From contig OZ024750.1 of NCBI GenBank assembly GCA_964016885.1, positions 12,710,001 to 12,774,000 of the forward strand: a stretch of 64,000 nucleotides of DNA, in the 5' to 3' direction. Within the stretch, counting starts at the first letter, position 1, and the number at the start of each line of letters is the position of its first letter. This document shows, piece by piece, positions 13,117 to 27,277 of this stretch. The notes under the pieces are model-generated. The model did no database searches. It saw only the letters and a list, made by a program, of their open reading frames with translations, and was not told the origin of the DNA. Origin of the DNA: Eledone cirrhosa (taxonomy: Eukaryota). A program made the translations under genes and the position numbers.

Positions 13117-15284
13117 CTGAAATTTAAAAAAAATATATCAATATTAAGATAAATAAATATCCATATTTGAAATATTACTGGATTCAAAAATATCTTAGTA
13201 AATGACTACAACACACAAAACAACAAACTTCTTAAAGAATATTTAATAAATTCATTTTTTTAGTTCTTTCTTCCTACCTAATATTCAACATGAGAAATAA
13301 GAAGTTTCTTTACTTTTAAATTAAAAATTAGGCTTATTGATCAAATCCCAAGTCAAAGAATCACAAGAGATTTTATTTTATCTCTTCTGTTTTACACTTT
13401 TAAAAATACTTCATAGTTTTATACAAAAGTTGCATTTCATTTTCAAATACTTGATGAAAAAGAAAACCAAATAAGACACTTTTGATCATGAAATCAAAAA
13501 TTAGAAAAGTTAATTGAGTTGCTTTCAAAAATAGCAAATATTTCAATTTAGGAAGATAAGAAAAATACAAGTGTTTATGATATAAAGGAGAGAAACAACA
13601 AAAAGTATCAGCAATATTCTTTCAATAAATCCCACTGGTTTATAATATATTCTAATTGGCAGTAATATTAATGTGTAAGTTATACAAACAGATAGAAACA
13701 CAGGTTTGCTGAGACCTAAAATACCGTAAATACTCAAATATAAGCCAAGGAATAGGATTCAAGTTTCCAAGCCTTTTGAGGTTCATCAGGCCAGAGCTTA
13801 TCCTGGTTACCTCAGCATTAAGTAACTGAGTACAAGATGCCAGTCCATGACAAGGGTAAATACCCAGCTACTCTTACTACTCATTTCTCAGCTCAGTCTA
13901 CTGGAGCAATGTACAATGAAGTGTTTACTCTACCGGTTTGTTCATTTCTCAGCTCATAAATATTAATGTATTTTTCAATCAGTTATGCTATCTGACTTTC
14001 AGGTTCATAAAGTAGCAATGTTGATATTTAATCTGCCAGCTGTCTTCAGTGTATCACAAATACTTATAATTTTAGTTGTGAAAGCAACCTACTCTCACTC
14101 TAGATATTTAATTTTCAAATTGTAATGTATGCCTTTTTATATGTTGTGCGTGGCACCTTTTAGTACACTTTTCAGTGGCAATTCTTGATCTAAGCATCTT
14201 ACAGAATTACATAGACATATATCTCTTAACAGATCATAATCAAATTATCATCAGTCTTCAATAATGAGCAAACACTTGACAACTAAACAGCATCATATTA
14301 CAGACACTTTCACATTCCCTCTATCTTTAGTAAGAACAGAAAAACATCCAGTTGTCACAAGTGAAATCATCAAACCCCAGCACCAACCCCAACCCCAGAT
14401 CCACCTGTAACACATGCTATTACTCTATTTTTGTATCATTTGATTTCATTTTCCAATATGATAAAAAATCATTAATTAAATTAAAACACAATTATATGTT
14501 TCCTATAATGACAGATTTGAATCACAATACCATAGTGATATAATAGTTATAAATAAATAAAATATCGTCATAAAGCTCAACTAAGAACTGCTGAAGTAAG
14601 AGTCAAGTAAACTAGAATCTCTTAAACATGTAATTACATGTATGACAACATTAATTATCATTTACTATATTTCTTTTTAAGGAATAATCTTTTAATTAAT
14701 AATAATGTGTCTACGTGATTGATATTAATTACTAATTAAAAGTATATATTCTCTAAACAAAGTGTTGTGGACATTGTTACATGTTACATACATACTAGAA
14801 TACTTTGTGTAATAAGATAACTGAAATGATGTAAGAAAACACAAGGGAGAAAAAAAGAACTGCTTGGCAAGTAATCTTCAGCATAGTTCTTGTTCAAGGA
14901 TGTTAGGCTTGAAGCAATGCCAACAGTTGGTTTAACAACAACTAGAAATAAGATGCTGCTTTAGAACAGAAAAATAAATGAATAAATAAATGTCAATATT
15001 TGTTCCTGTCAGAGATAAAGCAGCCAGTCTAGCTAACAGCACGAAGAAGAGTTTTATTCTTATCATTAAAACTATAATACTTACTACATATATGACTTGG
15101 ATAAAGTCAAACTGACATTATAATATACATTTTAATAGGATGTTGTCTCAAATTTAAAACACAAGGTTATTTTATTTCTTTTTTAAAATATATTGAAATA
15201 GAATATAGAATATTTAAAACAATAACCTTATACAGCCTATAAAACATACCTGTAATTAATTTCTAACATTTGCAGTGTAATTGT

Positions 15285-15525
15285 GTCATTGATCAGGTTA
15301 CAGAGGTGTGATAAAAGTTGTGTTAGTGACCAGGTTGGAGAGGTGTAACAAAAATAGTGTTAGTGATCAGGTGACAAAAATTATGTCAATAACCAGGTTA
15401 CAGAGGTGTGAAAAAACTTGTGTTAGTAATCAGGTTACAGAGGTATGACCAAAACTGTATCAGTGACCAGGTTACAGAAGTGTGACAAAAAATGTCAGTG
15501 ACCAGGTGACAAAAATTGCGTCACC
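15285..15525. repeat. Degenerate ~28-37-bp tandem repeat
   Basis: Recurring GTGACCAGGTTACAGAGGTGTGACAAAAA-like units. Confidence 0.75.
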
Positions 15526-16119
15526 TCAAGAAATATACAAAACATGAAAATAACAGTTTTTGCCTGTTCTTAAATGGCCAACAACTCATGTATTCCATAA
15601 TGTAATATTATTTTTCAGTTCCAATATAGTCTTAAACATGCACAACAACAAAAAATAATGATAACAATAAACAAGTAGCTGTAGTTTACAATGTTCTTGT
15701 GAAGAAATACAGATGTAAATATAATAATTAAATGAATTCTCTTTTACATGTTCTAGCCAACAGGCTGAGGCCATACTGGAGCACTGCCATTATATTATTA
15801 GTGATTACTAAAAGAAAAGCAAAAACAATAAAAATAGAAAACTATTGTGAGAATGAGAATCGGTAGAGAATAATCTTTGGAAAGGCTACAGAAATACTAA
15901 AATCAATGTTTCTAAAAATATATGTTTCAAGATAGTTGGGAGATTTTAATCAAGAGATAGTGAAGTCATAATTCTTCTCTATCTATATTTAACCAAATTC
16001 CTCTGGAATATTAATATTAAGAACCTCCTATCCCAACCCATGGGATTTCTTGATAAGTGATGACCACAAAGAGATTTTGTCAATGCAACTAAAGCAATTT
16101 ATGGTCCTTTTACAACAGG

Positions 16120-17400
16120 TCCAACACCCCACCCTGATCTAAAGATAAACCTTATTATGAAACAAACAGTTATCAACAATCAATGGACATCTCACAAAGA
16201 TCAATGGGCAGCAACGTATCTGTACCACTCGACACCACAGAAATGAAAGAAGCAATCAATTCCCTAAAAACAACAACATCATCTCACTAGTGTCTGATAG
16301 GAGTCTAACAGAGATATATAAACTTGATGATGTATGTGATAGAAGAAATACCAGTTAATCTCAGAGATGAAACTATCATTACTATCATTGTCAAGTGAGA
16401 CAAATCAAATGGTAGCAATTACAGAAAAATTTCACTTTTATCCATTACTGGAATAATTCTGACTAGAATCATGCTCAACCAATGTATTCTACTCTAAGAA
16501 AAATTACCTACTTGAATCCTAGTCTAGGCTTTAATCTTCCAGAGACACTGTTGATGTTATCAGCTGGGTTTGCCAACTCTAGGAACAATGCTATGAGAAA
16601 TACTTTGACACTAACCTCCACCAGTTGCAGACTGTGTATCAACATGAGATATTTTTCTCCACAACGTTTGGTCACCACCAGCAGAGTTTAAAGAGCAAAG
16701 ATCAAGTCCAGTCCATAAGTTGACATTATCAAGCCATCATTTTGGCTGCTGGCCTCTGCTTTTCTTACCAGCCAACCTTCCTTCCAGGCATAACCTACTC
16801 ACATCAATCCTGTCTGGGTGCATGCAGGATTGTTTTGCTATGAGAAATACAAACCATTATACATGGTTTTCTTTGATCTCACCAAAGCATTTGATCCTGT
16901 AAATCATGACATTTGGTTGTAAAGTTCTAGTCAAACTTTCATCACAAAAAAACATTAAAATCATATCGCTTCTGCATGACATCATGAAACCTAAAGTATG
17001 GTGTCAATGTTCTACACTTCTACACCATAGTAAGGTAAGGATGCATCATAATTGCTTCTACTTTTTTCCATCACCTTCACAGATATACTCAAGCTTACTA
17101 CGAGCAAACTCCCATCTGGCATCCAGATTTCAAACCACACAGATGGCAAAGAATTCAATATTTACAGGCTCCATGCCAAAATAAACATCTCAACTGCATC
17201 ATAAATAAAACATCACATCACAGTTTAACAGAAGAAACTACAAACAATTACTGATATTTTCAGTGATGCATATGAGATCACCAGGTCTAACTTTTATTGT
17301 AAGTAAACAAAAGACCTGCATCAACAAGCACCCAACAAAACAAGAACCTGGTCCTGCATACATGGACAAGTGGTGGAACATGTGTAGCACTTCCAAAGAA
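16120..17400 (+). mobile_element. Highly degenerate LINE (RTE-like) RT remnant
   Basis: Frameshifted remnants of RT motifs, e.g. AATTACAGAAAAATTTCACTTTTATCC (NYRxISLLS) near 16418 and TTTGATCTCACCAAAGCATTTGAT (DLTKAFD) near 16872. Confidence 0.6.
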
Positions 17401-17513
17401 TTCATATATTGATGAGGAGATCCAACACAAGATAGAATGTGCCAGTATACTCTATATTGAATAGAGCAGATTTCTTCCAGAGAAGGATAGAAGTGAGAAA
17501 GAGATATAGAGGG

Positions 17514-17553
<40 letters not shown>

Positions 17554-18205
17554 GACCCAGTATAAGACAGGTACTTTTATTATCAACCAAGATATAAAAC
17601 ATAAATAATAAACAATCATAGCTATAAACAATATAACAGTGGTTTATCTTTCATAAGAGCTAGTTTACACTTTATGTAATATCAATTTAATTTTAAATTA
17701 ATTAGATTTGATAAAACTAGACTGCAATAATGAAATAAAACGATAGAAAAATATGGTGGAAAAATAAATAAATAGGCACAGTTTTCAACATATGTTACAC
17801 AACCTAATGTAGAAATACATATTCTTACAAGCATATTTAGCAAATTACGCAGGGAAAATGAACATATGATGATGATGATGATGATGACACAAGCTAGAAA
17901 TTATAAACAAGCTAGAAAACATTTTAAACAGCATACAAGTTATAAACAACAGATATATGAGAAAATTATAAACAACACCATAATGATGGTGATGGTAATG
18001 ATGATACAAGTTAACTCCACTTCAAATAAACAAAAGTGGGAAAGAAAAAAGAATGTAATTTTCATATAAATACAGATAGTTGTAAAAAAAGAGTTAATTT
18101 TATCTTAAAATGAAATTCAAATCAAGTTTCTTTAGATTTCTTCAGATGTCTTACATTCAATCAGAGATGTTAACAGTACATCCTTTGTATTGCCAACTAC
18201 TGTAA

Positions 18206-18384
18206 TAATTGTTTCTACTTTAGGCACAAGGTCAGCAATTACCCAGTGCATTACTGGTACTTTATTTTATCGACCCCGTAAGGGCAAAGTCAACCTCGGC
18301 GGGATTTGAACTCAGATCGTAAAGGGACGTAACTATGCTGGAAAGCATGGCGTCCGACCCTCTACCGATACTGCCAATCCACCG
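18206..18384 (-). mobile_element. SINE family A with TSD
   Basis: TSD GCCAACTACTGTAATAAT on both sides; a second truncated copy follows at ~18399-18460. Confidence 0.88.
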
Positions 18385-19059
18385 CCAACTACTGTAATAA
18401 TGTTTCTACTTTTGGCACAAGGCCAGCAATTATCCTAGTGCATTACTGGTACTTTATTTTGAAGTAGTGTAGGCAACCTGTCTAGGAGAGCTACCACTCT
18501 GAATAAATTGGTGCAGGGTGGAGAAGTCCCCTAAGTCCAGTAAGACGACTTCCCTAGTGCTGGTGGCATGAATAAAAGCACCCAGTCCATACTGTAAAAT
18601 GGAGGTAATGGTAGTAGCAGTCAGCTATTAAAAACCATGCCAAACTATGGGGTGAAGAGGGTCCCTGAGTCCAGTAAGACAACCTCTCTAGTGCTGGTGG
18701 CACGAATAAAAGCACCCAGTCCATGCTGTAATGTGGCGCTGGTGTTAGGAAGGGCATCCAACCAGTGTATTAATTCCAAAACAATTATGAGCACAACAAC
18801 AAAAATAAATGAGGGTTCAATTTCAAAGACCCTATATGATAGGTTTTATTTCAAAGTATCCATTTAAATTTAACTAGCTAGATTCTCTTTACCAATGAAG
18901 GCAAATCTTTACTTCAACAGAGAAAGAAACAAGGAGAAAAAATGATGAAGATAGGTAAGACAGATATTTGTTGGCAGAAAATCAACAGAGAATAAGAATA
19001 GATGAACTAATCCAGAAAAGAGTCAGTTAAAAAATGTTTTAGTATATTTCAAAATATAT

Positions 19060-19265
19060 AATTGTTTCTACTTTTTAGCACAAGGCCAGCAATTATGCCA
19101 GTGCATTACTGGTACTTTATTTTATCGACCCCGTAAGGATGAAAGGCAAAGTTAACCTCGGCGGGATTTGAACTCAGAATGGCAAGGGCCGTAACTCTAT
19201 GTGTCAAAGCATGGCGTCCGACCCTCTACCGATACTGCTAATCCACCGCTAATCCACCGCCAATC
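19060..19265 (-). mobile_element. SINE family A with TSD
   Basis: TSD ATATTTCAAAATATATAAT; short duplication of the 5' end (AATCCACCGC repeated). Confidence 0.88.
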
Positions 19266-20413
19266 CATATATTTCAAAATATATAATGTATTATGTACAG
19301 AATCTAATTTCCTATAACAAAACTTCATGTTTTGGAAGTTTTGATATTGTGATAAACCAAGATTAAACTATCAATGAGCCTAGAATATATGTAAATGTAC
19401 AGTCATCTGAGGTTATATCTCCAATTTCAGTTCTGCAGGTTACATCTTAGTAACCCACCCTCCAGCCATATTGTACATCAGAAAGTTACTAAAGATTTAA
19501 CCTAAATATAATTGCACGTCAAGTTCATCACAAGAGACTACAGAACTAAATGAAAAATTGATATAAATGTTAGAATTATGAATATTTATGTAATATTGAT
19601 GAAAAACAGGTAAAGAATTCAAATAAGTAGATTTCCAAAATACAGATGTGCAATAGCAAACTAGAGATTCTCAAAGAATGCTTAAAAATCAATGTGAACA
19701 AAAGTAGAAATATTGATGACTTAGAATAAATCTATCATTCTAAGTGGGAAAACGGTATTAGGGTAAGTTAAGATTGTCTTTTTGTACATAAAATTTGGAT
19801 CTAACTATTATTGAATATTGATCCAACTACTGTCGGAATAATATATATTAGAGTTGTTTTTTTTTATTGAACATACATTGAGTATAGAATTTCTAGTGGG
19901 AAGTTAAATAAGGATCACTATTTAAACTTTGAATAAAATTAAATCCTTTTATCTGAAAATAAAATAGTTAATATGAAGCATTGTGAGATATATAATGTTT
20001 CAGAAAACTGCAACAATGTGGTAGAAATATATAAAGGGCAAAGGATGATAAATAAAACAAAAAGTAATATCTCTACAAAATATTTCATGACTATCACCCG
20101 CTTTTCAAAGGTAAAAATAAAAACAGTTTATAACAAGCAATAAAAAAAGGAATAATTTCAGCAAAAACATGTCCTCAATTTGTTTTGTCCAAACTAAAAT
20201 ACTAACTACAACATAAACAATGACTTTCAGTAATACACTGACCAATGCAGTGAACTATATGCTGAAAAACAATCACTATTTCTTAAAACATTCATATTTA
20301 AGAGATAACTTCTTAGGTATTTCAGATAGGATAATTTTACTAGGAAAAAAACCCCCAAAACCCAACAACTTTACAACATATTTGCTGTGTGTAAGATTAA
20401 AATGTGTACATAC

Positions 20414-21179
20414 TTTTCTTTCTGTAAATATCCTCCGTGTCCTTCTTTGTTCGTGAAGAAGAAGAAGAGTGTGTAGAAGATGTATCAGAATCTCTCCTAG
20501 TTTCAGAGGCAGGAATTCCAGAACTTCTTCGAGTTTCATTTGATGAAATTCCAGAATCCCTTCTGACTTCAGAGCCAGTAATCCCAGAATCTCTTCTGGT
20601 TTCATAAGATAAACTAGATGCATCTCTTCTGGTTTCATAAGATAAACTACCAGAATCTCTACTACTTTTTCTTTTAGAATCTCCATATAAAGAAGTATAA
20701 TCCGATTGTGAGATCCTAGTGTCCGAGGATGTGTAAGCAACATCAGAATCTCGACGGAATTCTTGACTTCGAAATGAATAGGAACCAGATTGCTTTTGGG
20801 AATGTCTTGTGTCATATGAGGACAAATTTGAATTTTGGTTATCTGATGAGTATGATGATCCATAAGAATCTTGAACATTATAGCCATCAGAAGTATGGGA
20901 ACTGGATCCCTTATAGTCTCCTGAAGTATAAGAATCCTTTCTTCCAAATCTGGGAACGTAAGATGATTCAGATTCTCGTTTCCTTGTTATGTCTGTAATA
21001 GATTCTCTTTTATTAAAGTCCCGATCTGAGTCTCTATCAAAGGAGGAGGAGAAACGGTCCTTAGATCTCCTGTCACTGGTATATGAGCTCTGAATATCCG
21101 ATTTACTTTCTGATGATGATACTCCACCTGGAGATGAAGACAAAGAATATTGATAAGCGAGTTTTCTGTTTGAATACAT
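20414..21179 (-). CDS. Alternative first coding exon (255 aa, Ser/Arg/Asp-rich, RRxS repeats) of the Ig-repeat gene
   Basis: Longest non-satellite ORF in the window; aaaATG start with an in-frame TAA shortly upstream; ends AAG AAA A|GTatgt (phase 1), in frame with microexon 13092-13116. Confidence 0.8.
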
Positions 21180-22109
21180 TTTCAAAAATTCAATGAAAAA
21201 CCTTCTATATTGATATTAACTCTTAAATCCAATAACGTCAGGCCAAATCAATCAAAAGAAAATATATTAAATTGAATTGCTGTAATATTTTTTTCTTTGT
21301 TTGAATTTAAAACAAAATATTCTTTTTTATCGTATTTTCTTCATGTAAAAGTCAACAGTGACAGAATCCAGTACATCCAACAAGTTGCAATTACATGCTT
21401 CTTCTTATTAGTAGGTAAGCATTAGAACCAGGAAGTACTATCTTCCTGAAACAAACACTGGAGAGAAGGATAACGTACTGATGTTTGTTAGATACGTATT
21501 GAAAATGGTGCCAACACTAAAGACTATTTCAGGATAAAATTAAAACGTGACTGCAGAAGTTAGCAAAAGTTTGTATGGCATCTCAACCACCCAACGATGC
21601 TGCTAAAATATATAAGAAAACAAATAAGTTAAACACATGAGCCTGGTTACAAAGGCAAGAATGATAAAAAGAAAATGAAATGAAGTAAATAAAATAGAAC
21701 TGCCACCATCACCACTATCATCACCATTGCCATCACCACCATTGTGAATCATTTCACAAGCTTACTACAAATGGTAAAAGAAATTTGAGTAGAAAATAAG
21801 ACAAACTAACAACACGCAGTTGGCAGCAGAGATATTTGCAGAGGTAATGAGAAAACTCATTTAACCCTTTATTATTTCAGTTATGTCATGGGTGGCTTTC
21901 AGGACATTTTATTGAGGAGCTAAAACCTTATTTATAACTGCAAATATAGTAGCACATTCCAAAATATATATATATACAAAATAAATGAAACAAATTAAAT
22001 AACCTTTTCTCCTGAATGGTATTCTGTCCCTGTTTTACAGAGTTCCTATCATTACATATGTATTACATAGTGTTCTTCATGCTTGTATATGTATGTATTA
22101 CAGAGTTCC

Positions 22110-22445
22110 CTACACATATATGTATTACATAGAGTTCCCTACACTTATCTATGTATTACATAGAGTTCCCTACACTTATCTATGTATTACATAGAGTTCC
22201 CTACACTTATCTATGTATTACATAGAGTTCCCTACACTTATCTATGTATTACATAGAGTTCCCTACACTTATCTATGTATTACATAGAGTTCCCTACACT
22301 TATCTATGTATTACATAGAGTCCCCTACACTTATCTATGTATTACATAGTCCCCTACACTTATCTATGTATTACATAGAGTTCCCTACACTTATCTATGT
22401 ATTACATAGAGTTCCCTACACTTATCTATGTATTACATAGAGTCC
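22110..22445. repeat. 31-bp minisatellite, ~10 copies
   Basis: Unit TATGTATTACATAGAGTTCCCTACACTTATC. Confidence 0.93.
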
Positions 22446-23167
22446 CCTTGTATATGCATGTTTTACAAAGAGTTCCCTATGCTTACACATGTATGTATTA
22501 CCCTCATGCTTGTATATGTATGTATTTGTGACAGTTCATTCATTGTTGCAATTTCTTTTCGGTTGGATACTCTTCCTGCTATAAATCACTCAACCATGAA
22601 GTAGGAGTAGTACCTCTTTTCGGCTAAGTGCCAACAAAACAAAGTTGTGAGCTTTACTTAAGTATACAACACAATAACATTAATAACATGTAAACATGTG
22701 ATCAGAAGTACCACATGTTAACTCTACAAATACTGTCATTTTAATGTGAATAATTCACATCATACATTTAACACTTTTCAAAAGAGAAGAAGATTTTAGT
22801 TTTTACACAGCACATTGAGAGTGAATTTAGTAGACGGAAACTGTAAAGTGGTCGTGTCGGTGACACAACAAAAAGCTCCCAGTCTACGGTGTAAAGTGGT
22901 TGTGTAGGAGACAGGGTAAAGGCTCCCCAGTCTACACTGTAAATGTGGTTGGTGTTAGGAAGGGCATCCAACCATAGAAAACCTGCCAGGGACAGTTCTG
23001 TATGAGCGAGACACCGTCTCTCGACCAATCTTGCCTCAAGTGGAGTAAAACCATCCAACCCATGCTAGCGTGGTAGACGAACGTTAAATGATGATGATCA
23101 TGATGATATATGTGAATACTCTTTTCCTACTATATCAAGTGTAAAACTAATATATTTCTTCAATGGA

Positions 23168-23518
23168 AAGGTTGTGAGTTCAATTCTCAGACCGGGTGAT
23201 GTGTTGTTTCCTTGAGCAAGACACTTTATTTCCCATTGCTCCAGTTTACTCAGCTGTAGAAATGAGATGATAGGGACTGGGGTCCCTATCATTCCACTGT
23301 AAAGTGGACGTGTAGGCGCCACGGCAAAAAAGCACCCAGCACTCACTGTAAATGAGGTTGGTGTTAGGAAGGGCATCCAGCTGTAGAAATTAAGCCAGAA
23401 TCGGTTCCTGTATGAGCAAGACATGGTCAGCCAACGGGACACTGCCCACAACAGGACAACCCATCTAACCCAAGCTAGCATGGAAGAACGGACGTAAAAC
23501 GGTGATGATGATGATGAT
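23168..23518 (+). mobile_element. SINE family B, 5'-truncated, variant tail
   Basis: Same core as 11168-11503; ends CAAGCTAGCATGGAAGAACGGACGTAAAAC(GAT)n; related 3' fragments at 22840-23100, 29080-29335 and 18550-18765. Confidence 0.82.
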
Positions 23519-26500
23519 TATACTGTGTCTTTGCTTTGTTATTTCTGTTTAACTTTTGCATACATATATATATATACATAATATGTTATATTTTAGGGTT
23601 GTAGTATAAATGTAACTTTTAATCTTAACATCATCTCCACATGAAACTACATTAGCAAGACATTCTTGTACAAATCAGCACTATGAAGTCTTTACTCTAA
23701 AACTGCAAATTCCCATAACAACCCGTGCACTAATTAAGATATTATAAACATCAAGTGAAGGCGCGTGGCTGAGTGGTTAGAGAATTGGATTCGCAATCGT
23801 GAAGTTGTGATTTCAATTCTCAGACTGGGCGATGCGTTATGTCCTTGAACACAACACTTTATTTCACGTTGCTCCTTCTACCTGGAGTTGCAACTGATAG
23901 ATAGTATCAGCAATTGGAAAGACCAATGGAAACATTTTTTCCTCGGTCCGATTTGACGAAAGTCGATCGTTCGAAATATCTAAGTTAACACATTTTTAGG
24001 TGTTTTTCTGCTAAATTATTACAGGATGTAAGGAATATATATAACACATATTTTCATATTTATTACAAACACTTATTCTCCCTGAAAGAAGTTTTTAGAC
24101 CAAATTCTGAATAAGAGGACAAAAATAACTCTTAACTTACTTCATTTCTAAAAGTCAGTGGAAAACACTAACACAATCGTATATTTTTTAGGCTTGTATA
24201 AAAGGAATTTGTAAATGTTAAGACGGATGTGTGGAATTAAGAAGAACGTAGTTGAACTCTCAAAATAACCATCCCTGCGAACTACTACCATCACTTCCAT
24301 CTCCTCAACCCATTAAAACTTAATTATCACTGTTTATATCTAATTTTGTGTATTGTCTGGTCTGGCAGCACAGAAGCTGGAGAAAACACGGAAGTCCATA
24401 TTTTTTTTATCAAACAAATTTTCCAAATTCTGTTTGTTTAGCAAGTTATTTGATATTTAATTACATAAGTTCTGAGCAATAAAATCTAAACAAACCCATG
24501 AGAGAACTTCTACGTAGTTGCTCACTCTGCTAAAAATGACAGCCAAATATATCTCTCGAATACTACTCTATCATCTTAAGAAAATAAACACTTTGGATAA
24601 TGTAGTCAGAGGTAGGTAGACTATGCTCTAATAAAATATAGAATGTGAGCCCAGCTGGAATGCTTTAAATCATGGGTCTGCTTTTGGGGGCCCAAGTTGT
24701 CAACCTCGTCTCAGTCGGCCCTAGAAAGTGATCGTTAATCTGTTTTGTCAGTCAGGCAAATGACAACAACCTGAGTCAGCAACAGTCTCATACACAAGAT
24801 GATGAAGATGATGATAGGTCTGCTTAATCAGTGCTAACATGGAGCTAAACAACTACAAAATATGAAATCAGTCACATTACAATAACATAAATTACACACA
24901 CAACTTACAGTTGCATAGCTATACAATTTCTTTCAAATATTGCTACTTATTTCTGAATTTGAAAGTTAGAAGCATCAACATTGTTTGACTATGACAAATA
25001 TTTTAATAAGATGGGTTATATAAACCCTGGAAGCAGATAAAAAATACAGTTTCTGTATATTGCAGGTGTGGGTTCAAGTCCCACAGACAGCACTATACAG
25101 ATTGTGTTCTATTTCTACGGTTTACAAACCCAAATTATTCCTATTGCTCAACAGTTCTAAAAATAGAATTGTTTATTGCTGGTTATAATAGTTGAAAATA
25201 TGAAGGTGTGTGTGTGTGACATAGTTAGGAGGTTAGGCTTGGGATCAAAGATAATGGGTTCTATTCTTTCCCCAGGTAGTGCATTGTGTCCTTGAGCAAA
25301 ACACTTCATATGATAGGAAGATTGTGGCCCCTATTATTAAGACACACAAGAAGCCTCGTAGGAGGCCAGCTAAACATGCATAAGTGTGAGCTGTAAATTC
25401 CCCATTTTTTCTTTTTCCATTTTAATAGTATTCAGTATGCATACCATCCTCCAGGGTAACGCCTTCTCCATTCTGTCCACCAAGGCTGTGAGGCGGCCAG
25501 CATGTGGGACCCAATTTGTTCATAATACAGAGATGAGGAGGGTGAGAGAGATGGAGTCGATGACAGTGGGAGTTTGGTCATTCCGTGCTGTGTTCGGACA
25601 CATTTGTCAAACTGTAGGCTTTATGAAGCTATCTATCTATCAATATCTATCTCTATCTATCTCTCTATTTTATTGTAATGAGACGATAAAATGTTCTTTT
25701 CGTTTCCATTTAAGATTCTGTCAAATATATGATCCAGTTATATAACTGAGTGCATATCAGATGTGCCCTACTTATAAATTCATATATATATATATAATCC
25801 ATTATTCATACACAAAAAATGTGTTTAGCTTTCTATAGATTTGTTTTTACCCAGACTATTTTAGCATTTTTTTTTTAGATTCTATATTTCATATTAATCA
25901 ATTCTCCATGCAAAGAATGTACCCCTCCCTTAGAGCTTTAGTAAACATATGGCAATTGAGCCAACACAAGTTCATATAAAACACTTTACACACTCAGTTA
26001 CAATATAGTTTGACATTAAGTTTCAATACCTTCTGTACTACTTTTTATACTTCATTCATAATATTTAGCTCCCCCACTGTTTTGTGTTAATTCTAGACAC
26101 TAAGAATATAATGTAATACTTATTCACATACAAATTGAATTTTCTCTATAAGTTCTTAAGTTCTCTTCTTATTTGTGCTATACATAACGTATATACTCAT
26201 ATATAAGCTCAGAAATATGTGACGCCCACCAAAAACAAATTGATGGTAAGATGGGTGGGTGAGATTTTAATTGAGGTAAATATTTTGTTGATTTTCACCA
26301 ACTTCAAATTCTACATAAATAATTTCTGCTTTTGACACAAGGCCAGCAATTATCCCAGTGCATTATTGGTGCTTTATTTTATCGACCCCGTAAGGATGTA
26401 AGGAAATGGTAACTTCGGTGGGATTTGAACTCAGACTGTAAAGGGACATAACTATACTGGAAAGCTTGCCGTCCGACCAAATTCTACATAAATAAGGTGC

Positions 26501-26553
26501 TAAAATATCTGGAGTGGTTATTTTACAATGAAACAGTTTTTTTACATTTACTA

Positions 26554-26708
26554 CATGCACATGCCTGCACACATACACACTTCTCTGACTTAATGCACAT
26601 GCCTGCACACATACACACTTCTCTGACTTAATGCACATGCCTGCACACATACACACTTCTCTGACTTAATGCACATGCCTGCACACATACACACTTCTCT
26701 GACTTAAT
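26554..26708. repeat. 38-bp minisatellite, 4 copies
   Basis: Unit ATGCACATGCCTGCACACATACACACTTCTCTGACTTA. Confidence 0.93.
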
Positions 26709-26937
26709 ACTTTTTATTTCAATCTTACATAAGATCTTACTTCTGACTTGTTTTATTGCTCTCTCTCTCTCCTCTTCTCACTTTTCCTCCCTTCTCTCTT
26801 ACTGCCCCCCCCCCCCCTCTCTCTCTCTATGAATCCCTCCCTACACCAAATTCTCTTAGTTGGTCTTTTGCTTTCAAAGTACTCCTAGCATGTGATTGGC
26901 CAGAAGTAAACAAAAATTCGAGTAACTTGTAACTTAA

Positions 26938-27277
26938 CCCTTTAGCATTTAAACCGGCCATATCCGGCCAGAATTCTCTCACCTCTTTCTATTCAAACCA
27001 TACTGGCCACTCATACTGATGTTAGGGTATTGTTCTCAAAATAAATAACATCAAAATCAAATAGATTCGATATTATGTGAGATAATTATGTGAGATAAAG
27101 CCTTTACCATGAAAATATAATTGTTTCTACTTTTGGCACAAGGCCAGCAATTACCCAGTGTATTACTGGTACTTTATTTTATCGACCCCGTAAGGATGGA
27201 AAGCAAAGTTAACCTCGGCGGGATTTGAACTCATGAAAATATAATAATATATATAAAGTAATGTAAATGCTAAAGGG
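26938..27277. mobile_element. piggyBac-type MITE with a nested truncated SINE A (27118-27232)
   Basis: TTAA|CCCTTTAGCATTTA ... TAAATGCTAAAGGG|TTAA; inner SINE flanked by TSD CATGAAAATATAAT. Confidence 0.85.

Noticed and set aside
20276-20947. 223-aa overlapping minus-strand ORF
   Set aside because: Shifted frame of the Ser/Arg-rich exon; it lacks a fitting donor phase, and the other frame has the better start and motif conservation.
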